Source of the DNA: Minisyncoccota bacterium
GTDB lineage: Bacteria > Patescibacteriota > Minisyncoccia > Phycocordibacterales > UBA2100
Length of the DNA stretch: 64,000 bases
Direction of reading: 5' to 3'
NCBI GenBank assembly: GCA_031291875.1
Contig: JARLIE010000218.1
Span: 4,979-68,978, forward strand
A program made the translations under genes and the position numbers. The notes under the pieces were generated by a model. It did no database searches. It saw nothing but the letters and a program-made list of their open reading frames with translations, and was not told the origin of the DNA. Positions 58,882 through 64,000 of the stretch are shown piece after piece; position 1 is the stretch's first letter; every line of letters begins with the position of its first letter.

Positions 58882-59376
58882 CTATACCAAGTCTTTCAGC
58901 TTCTTTATAGCCTCAAGATAATCCGGTTTCATCACGAATAGTTTCTTTATTTCCCCGGCAAGAGTCTCTCCCAAGTGCTCCTCATGGGATCGCAAAATCT
59001 CGTGCAATTCGTCGACGCTCGCATACCTTGCCCCCGACCAATGTCGCAGATCAAAATTGTGGTGCTCGACCTCGCAATCGATTGAACCGTTTGCGTAGAA
59101 TCGAATATGGAATTGATCGGTGCCGTCGGAGCGCTTGGAAACGCGCTTAATGAGCCCGGCTGTTTGCCCTGGCAAGACGAGCTGCCAGCGAGTGCGACGA
59201 AAACCGTCCTTGAGCAGGAGCTTGAAGAAAATCTTCTGGTAGCGGCCCGACTTCTTGTTCGGGAAATACCCGTGGACCACGTGCGGACGCCAAAGCGCCC
59301 ACGGAAACGTCCGAATATTGTGCCGTACGTCGTGTAAATAGGAGTACACGAGCGATTTCGCCTCCTTTTGAGTCAT
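58882..59376 (-). CDS. hypothetical basic protein
   Basis: 164-aa ORF. No recognisable motif. Confidence 0.4.
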   Translation of the reverse strand: MTQKEAKSLVYSYLHDVRHNIRTFPWALWRPHVVHGYFPNKKSGRYQKIFFKLLLKDGFRRTRWQLVLPGQTAGLIKRVSKRSDGTDQFHIRFYANGSIDCEVEHHNFDLRHWSGARYASVDELHEILRSHEEHLGETLAGEIKKLFVMKPDYLEAIKKLKDLV

Positions 59377-59387
59377 GCGGGATTATT

Positions 59388-59759
59388 TTACCACCAAGAG
59401 AAAGCCTTTTTAAGCTTATCCAGGAAGGTCGGTGGAGGGGGCGGCGGCGTCGAACTGGCATTGACAATAACGATCATTTGTTCTCCTTTCTCACCTACCG
59501 AGTACTCTTCTCGAAGCTCTGCCTCCTTTCCCCGATCGGTTTGGAGCTCGCTGATATTCTCTTGCAGCGTAGCTTGCTGCGCCGTAAGGTCGGCCAAGGC
59601 AGCTTCGGACTGTCGGTTGAGCGCGGCGGAGGCAAGATCTTTTTGCCAGGCTCCCCAGACACTCCAGGAAGCGAAACAAAGGAGTACAAACAGCCCAAAC
59701 AAGGCAAAACGGCGCCACAACAGCCGCGCTGGGTCGTTTCGTTGCCTCACCGGTGCCAT
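59388..59759 (-). CDS. FtsB/DivIC-like septum formation initiator family protein
   Basis: Single TM followed by coiled coil. Pro-rich C-terminus. Confidence 0.5.
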   Translation of the reverse strand: MAPVRQRNDPARLLWRRFALFGLFVLLCFASWSVWGAWQKDLASAALNRQSEAALADLTAQQATLQENISELQTDRGKEAELREEYSVGEKGEQMIVIVNASSTPPPPPPTFLDKLKKAFSWW

Positions 59760-59764
59760 ATGGG

Positions 59765-59770
59765 TATAAT
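59765..59770 (+). promoter_or_regulatory. consensus -10 box TATAAT upstream of small membrane protein gene
   Basis: TGGGTATAAT, 14 nt before ATG 59784. Confidence 0.3.
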
Positions 59771-59783
59771 ACCTTACCTAGCT

Positions 59784-59912
59784 ATGAGTTTCCTTTTTCA
59801 CAAACGCACGAAAAAAGTCGTCAACATCGTTTGGGGCTTTATCGCGGTCCTCGTGACCCTCGGCATGATTATCTTCTTTGCCCCGGGTATTACGAACCTG
59901 CTGCTTCGATAA
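59784..59912 (+). CDS. small (42 aa) single-TM membrane protein
   Basis: MSFLFHKRTKKVVNIVWGFIAVLVTLGMIIFFAPGITNLLLR. In frame within ORF 59478-59912. Confidence 0.35.
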   Translation: MSFLFHKRTKKVVNIVWGFIAVLVTLGMIIFFAPGITNLLLR

Positions 59913-59947
59913 CAAAGCAGGCTACCTTGCGGTAGCCTGTCGCGGTG

Positions 59948-60307
59948 CTATTTTCGAGTCGGCTTAGCCGAAGTTTTTTCTTGTAGTACATACCCCTGCT
60001 TGAAGAGCGTCTCGATACTGACTGTTCCGCCGGAAGCGGTGCCGATCTTCTTTCGCAGCCTGGAAAGGAACACATCGATGATCGAATCCTTCGCCTCGGG
60101 CTCTTCGTAGAGATGATTCATGAGCATCTCCCGAGTCACGATTTGGCCCTTTCGCAGGAGTAAAAGTTCCAGGACCAGATACTCTTTATCGGTAAGTTGC
60201 AAAGCTTTTCCGGCGAACTCCGCCCGCTTGGTCTGCAGATCAGCGACAAGTGCTCCGATGTGCAAAATACGCTGACTCGCGTACTCAGGGGAGACGATGT
60301 CGTGCAT
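59948..60307 (-). CDS. stand-alone OmpR/PhoB-type winged-helix DNA-binding domain protein
   Basis: Trans_reg_C motifs (LTDKEYLVLELLLLRKGQIVTREML...VFLSRLRKKIG...TLFKQGYVL). No receiver domain. Confidence 0.6.
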   Translation of the reverse strand: MHDIVSPEYASQRILHIGALVADLQTKRAEFAGKALQLTDKEYLVLELLLLRKGQIVTREMLMNHLYEEPEAKDSIIDVFLSRLRKKIGTASGGTVSIETLFKQGYVLQEKTSAKPTRK

Positions 60308-60361
60308 GAAGTGCTCCTTTGTTCAGTGCCGCGAAAACTATAGGCACAGAAGGGCATTTGG

Positions 60362-62137
60362 TCAACTTTCTCGAACGACTTTGAGAAATACGTCGTGCGG
60401 AATATCCACCTTGCCGCGTGCGAGCATGCGCTTTTTACCGCGCTTTTGCTTATCCAACAGTTTCATTTTGCGCGTGATGTCGCCGCCGTAGAGGTACCCT
60501 GTAACGTCTTTGCGCATCGCCGATTTGCGGCGCGAGGCGATAATGCGGCCGTTTACTTTGGCCTGGATTTTGAGTTCAAAAAGTTGCTTCGGGAGGAGTT
60601 CTTCCAGCTTCTCCACCATCTGATCGGCTTCGAAATTAACGCGGCGCGCCGAAACGATGCGTGCAAACGCCGGCACCGGCTCGTCTGCAACGAGAATATC
60701 GAGTCTGGTTACATCAGCATCGCGCATGCCCGTGAGCTTGTACCCGAGCGAGGCAAAGCCCGAAGAAACGCTCTTGAGGCGGTCGAAAAATCCGCGCATG
60801 AGTTCGCGCAGCGGAATCTCGGCTCGCAGCTCGATTTTGCCGTCCGGGAGCGTCTGTGTGTCCCCGACTTTTGCTTCATGATCGTAGAGCAACTGGGAAA
60901 TGCCGCCGATGTAATCAGTCGGCGTAATGACAGTGATATCGGCCCACATTTCACGGATCTGCTTGGCGGTGCCGTCATCAGGAAATTTTGCGGGCGAATA
61001 AATTTCTTCGACAGTTCCATTCATATAGGTGATCTCGTAGACCGTCGTCGGCTGCGTGACGACGAGCTCGAGATTAAACTCGCGGCGCAAACGCTCGATA
61101 ATAATCTCGAGGTGAAGCATGCCCAAGAAGCCGCAGCGAAAACCGCGGCCCATGATGCCGGAAGATTCTTCTTCATAAGAAAGCGAGGAATCGGAAAGTC
61201 GCAATTTCTCCAGCGACTGACGCAAAATCGGCAAATCGTCCTGGCTCTCGGGGTACACACTGGCCCAAATAACTGGGGTCGGCGCCATATAACCCGCGAG
61301 CGCTGGCGCCGGGCGTTTTGCGCTCGTTACTGTATCGCCAACGGACGCGATACCGGGTTTCTTGATACCGGTCACAATGTAGCCGATTTCACCCTCGACG
61401 AGCTCGGGACTTGGCCTTTCGTCCGGACTCAGTGTACCGACCTCTAGCGCGATAAAGTCCGCATTGGCGGCGACAAAGCGTAGCGTGTCGCCCTTCGCGA
61501 TACTTCCGCCGAAGACGCGCAGGTAGACGATAATGCCGCGGTGATCAGAGTATCCGAAATCGAAAATCAGCCCTTGGGTTTGCGTCGTGTGCTGCGGCGG
61601 CGGTACGAGCTCGACGATCGTATCGAGAAGCGCCTCGACGCCCTCGCCCGTTTTGCCGGAAACGCCGAGCACGGTCGATTCGTCGACGCCCAATAAGAGC
61701 GCGACTTCGCTTTTGATATCGGCTAAGCGCGCGGTCGGTGCATCGATTTTGGAAACAACCGGAATGATCACACGACCGAGCTCCTTGGCAACGCCGAGCA
61801 CTGAGAGCGTCTGTGCCTCGACCCCCTGCGTCGCATCGACAAGTAAGATGACGCCTTCGACGGCCGTGAGCGCGCGGGAAACTTCGTAGGAGAAGTCCAC
61901 GTGGCCCGGCGTATCGATGAGGTTGAGGATGTACTCCTGCCCTTTCGATTTCCAGTGCATGCGCACCGGTGCCATTTTGATGGTGATGCCGCGCTCACGC
62001 TCGAGATCCATTTTGTCGAGGACCTGATCTTGCATACGGCGCTTCTCGATCGTGCCGGTTAATTCCAGCATGCGATCGGCCAGCGTCGATTTGCCGTGGT
62101 CGATGTGCGCGATAATGGAGAAATTACGTATATTCAC
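60362..62137 (-). CDS. lepA: elongation factor 4
   Basis: FSIIAHIDHGKSTLADRML, DTPGHVDF, NKID motifs. LepA C-terminal domain. 591 aa. Confidence 0.95.
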   Translation of the reverse strand: MNIRNFSIIAHIDHGKSTLADRMLELTGTIEKRRMQDQVLDKMDLERERGITIKMAPVRMHWKSKGQEYILNLIDTPGHVDFSYEVSRALTAVEGVILLVDATQGVEAQTLSVLGVAKELGRVIIPVVSKIDAPTARLADIKSEVALLLGVDESTVLGVSGKTGEGVEALLDTIVELVPPPQHTTQTQGLIFDFGYSDHRGIIVYLRVFGGSIAKGDTLRFVAANADFIALEVGTLSPDERPSPELVEGEIGYIVTGIKKPGIASVGDTVTSAKRPAPALAGYMAPTPVIWASVYPESQDDLPILRQSLEKLRLSDSSLSYEEESSGIMGRGFRCGFLGMLHLEIIIERLRREFNLELVVTQPTTVYEITYMNGTVEEIYSPAKFPDDGTAKQIREMWADITVITPTDYIGGISQLLYDHEAKVGDTQTLPDGKIELRAEIPLRELMRGFFDRLKSVSSGFASLGYKLTGMRDADVTRLDILVADEPVPAFARIVSARRVNFEADQMVEKLEELLPKQLFELKIQAKVNGRIIASRRKSAMRKDVTGYLYGGDITRKMKLLDKQKRGKKRMLARGKVDIPHDVFLKVVRES

Positions 62138-62179
62138 CTTGAAAATCTAGCATTTTCGGGGCGTAAATACTACCTCAGA

Positions 62180-62304
62180 GGGAACCCCCGAAGCCTTGCT
62201 GTTTTTGCGGCTGCGGGGCGAGTGTGACGTTTTGTGGTTTTAAGTTGGAGTCCGAGAAGTCGCTAGTCCTCGCTCGCAAAAACGGCAAGGCTTCGGGGGT
62301 TCCC
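62180..62304. repeat. 30-bp inverted repeat (29/30 match) flanking a 65-bp spacer, intergenic between murJ and lepA
   Basis: Left GGGAACCCCCGAAGCCTTGCTGTTTTTGCG (62180-62209). Right arm 62275-62304 is its reverse complement with one mismatch. Confidence 0.5.
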
Positions 62305-62309
62305 GTAAA

Positions 62310-63953
62310 CTACGCAACGTCCGAAGGTTCGACCGCGACGATCTGCGGTGCGTCCGCAAATTTACGCTTGAACGCGCCAAAAACCTCTTTCAATTCTTTG
62401 TTCTTCAAAATCAACAAAATCACGATCGATATACCAATGCCGACAAGTCCCGCGACCAATCCCTGCACGAAGATGCCGACGGTCGTATTGATCGTGCCTG
62501 TCTGGCCCGTCGCGTTGAGAACGCCATACGAAGCGGCACCACCGATGAGTGATGCGGCGAAGCTCTCAAAGAAAAGTCGATTGAAGTTCTCATGCGAGAC
62601 TTTGAAATCGCGTACGAAATAGAAATAGCCTATGCAAAACTCAGCGATAGAGCCAAACGCATACCCCAAGGAGAGCATCAGCACGCTCGTGCCCGCGATG
62701 TCATCCACGCGCAGGAGCGCTTCGATGAAATCCCTAAAGAACGGGTACTCATTGAAAAAACTCAGGAACGCCAACGATGAAACAATCGAAATAGCGATAT
62801 CGGCTATGCCGATATAGAACGGTTTTTTTGTATTGCCGATTGCGTAGTACGCCCTCGAAATAAGGAAGGTGCCGGATTGCGCGAGGAGCGAGAGAATGAA
62901 AAGCGCGAGCGCGGCAGCGGTGAGGCGCGTCGCGTCCCAGTTGAACTCGCCCGCCCCGAGCACGGTGCGCACGAGCTGCGCGCGAAGCACAATGATGAAG
63001 ACGGTGCACGGCACGGACCAAAAAATAATGTGGCGCAGTGCCGCTTCGGCGTAACGGGAAAATTCATCCTTCGCCCCTTGCGCATAGAGACGCACGAAAG
63101 TCGGGAATGCCGCGACCGAGTACGAAATCCCGATAATAGTGAGTGGTACCGACTGCAGATTGTACGCGAAGTTGAACACCGCGATTGAACCGGGCACCAA
63201 GAGCGATGCAATCGCGGTAATGACGAGCAGCGAGATTTGATTGGAAGCAAGCGCAAGCGTGCGCGGAATCGAGAGTGCGAGGATTTCTTTGGTGAGCTTC
63301 GAGAGACGAGAGAGTTCGACCTTCCCTTCGGCACGCTCCACGAGGAAAAACGGCACCTGGACAGCGACGTGTAGCAAGGCGCCCAATACCACACCCATGC
63401 CCAGTCCCGCTATCCCAAAACGCGGATATAGCACGAGCGCACCGAAGATGATGCCGAGATTGTAGAGAAGTGGTGAGATCGAATAAAGGACGAATCGGTG
63501 ACGCAGCTGCGTAAGCGAAGAAATCGTATTGGAAATACCGAGCAAAATGGGCTGCAGAAGCAGGATACGCATGAGCAAGATGAGCTGCCCGCGCATTGCG
63601 GGATCCGCGGCGAGCCCGGGACTCACGAGCTTGGCGAGAAACGGCGCGAGCGCGTAGGCAATCAGCGAAACAAACGTCATGCCGAGGATAAATACCAGTG
63701 CAAGATCCCGCAGGAATGAAATCATCAGACCCTTGCGCTCTTCTTCGAGGCGCGAGAGAACGGGCATGAGCGCGTAGAGCGAGAGGAGTGAAGCAACCGT
63801 ACTGAAAATAAAATTCGGAACAAGAAACGCCGCGTAATAAAGGTCGAGCGTGTGGTTTGCGCCGAAGGACGCAGCGAGCGTCCTGTCTCGCACCAAACCT
63901 AAGAATTGAGATGCGAACGCGAACGCGGCTAGTAAATATGCCGCTTCGTGCAT
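62310..63953 (-). CDS. murJ: lipid II flippase MurJ (MviN family)
   Basis: 547 aa, about 14 TM. N-terminal LGLVRDRTLAASFGAN motif typical of MurJ. Confidence 0.85.
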   Translation of the reverse strand: MHEAAYLLAAFAFASQFLGLVRDRTLAASFGANHTLDLYYAAFLVPNFIFSTVASLLSLYALMPVLSRLEEERKGLMISFLRDLALVFILGMTFVSLIAYALAPFLAKLVSPGLAADPAMRGQLILLMRILLLQPILLGISNTISSLTQLRHRFVLYSISPLLYNLGIIFGALVLYPRFGIAGLGMGVVLGALLHVAVQVPFFLVERAEGKVELSRLSKLTKEILALSIPRTLALASNQISLLVITAIASLLVPGSIAVFNFAYNLQSVPLTIIGISYSVAAFPTFVRLYAQGAKDEFSRYAEAALRHIIFWSVPCTVFIIVLRAQLVRTVLGAGEFNWDATRLTAAALALFILSLLAQSGTFLISRAYYAIGNTKKPFYIGIADIAISIVSSLAFLSFFNEYPFFRDFIEALLRVDDIAGTSVLMLSLGYAFGSIAEFCIGYFYFVRDFKVSHENFNRLFFESFAASLIGGAASYGVLNATGQTGTINTTVGIFVQGLVAGLVGIGISIVILLILKNKELKEVFGAFKRKFADAPQIVAVEPSDVA

Positions 63954-64000
63954 GCCTCGAGTTTCTGAAGCGAAGAACTTTCGAGCCCGCGTGGTGATAT

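Overview
This 64 kb window is a densely coding (>90%) bacterial chromosomal segment of about 55-60% GC by eye. It has no rRNA, no CRISPR array, and no integrase or transposase. I call about 70 CDSs, five tRNAs (Ala-GGC, Arg-CCG, Phe-GAA, Arg-CCU, Gly-CCC) and several rho-independent terminators. The archaeal-type cupin phosphoglucose isomerase, GH57, eqolisin, SWIB, SET, DUF378 and cohesin/dockerin content, together with the minimal ATP synthase delta subunit, suggests a small-genome, possibly CPR/Patescibacteria-like organism, but I cannot establish that from sequence alone.

Main gene blocks, in order:
- 1-4846: F1Fo ATP synthase operon on the minus strand (atpB-E-F-H-A-[126-aa ORF]-G, atpG cut by the window edge).
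- 4872-6967: fasciclin, alpha/beta hydrolase and 3D-domain secreted proteins.
- 7094-13992: ahcY, an orphan OmpR-type response regulator, radC, a divergent tRNA pair, an ATP-grasp enzyme and a hybrid histidine kinase.
- 14040-16552: SWIB-domain protein, an S/T-rich anchored protein, a peptidase G1 (eqolisin) and DUF378.
- 17002-22524: a UDP-sugar dehydrogenase-like gene, galU, an S41 peptidase and an OmpR/HK two-component pair.
- 22606-25957: DUF1993, HAD-IIB, an ABC-2 exporter and a NadR-like ATPase.
- 25954-30098: thymidylate/folate block (folA, CYTH protein, dcd, thyA, glyA).
- 30702-37493: an alpha-glucan/upper-glycolysis island (ROK kinase, cupin-type PGI, GH15, GH57, GT4, HAD-IIB).
- 37557-43638: a membrane-anchored cohesin-like protein, then a 1778-aa multi-repeat surface protein ending in a dockerin.
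- 44458-47191: a DipZ-like CcdA-thioredoxin fusion coupled to a Met/His-rich small protein, then a DUF2178/XRE pair.
- 47614-54184: a NitT/TauT-type ABC pair, FAD-linked oxidase, VIT-family protein, a bacterial SET-domain protein, hisS and a DEDD exonuclease.
- 54938-58515: an HTTM/MauE-like membrane protein, glutaredoxin, and an FMN reductase with a divergent HxlR regulator.
- 60362-63953: lepA and murJ.

Most interesting candidates:
- A cohesin-dockerin surface display pair (37557-43638).
- An uncharacterised, translationally coupled ORF embedded between atpA and atpG (874-1254).
- A DipZ-coupled Met/His-rich protein (46268-46534).
- A 30-bp inverted-repeat element between lepA and murJ (62180-62304).
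- A structured-RNA candidate next to tRNA-Gly (58569-58630).
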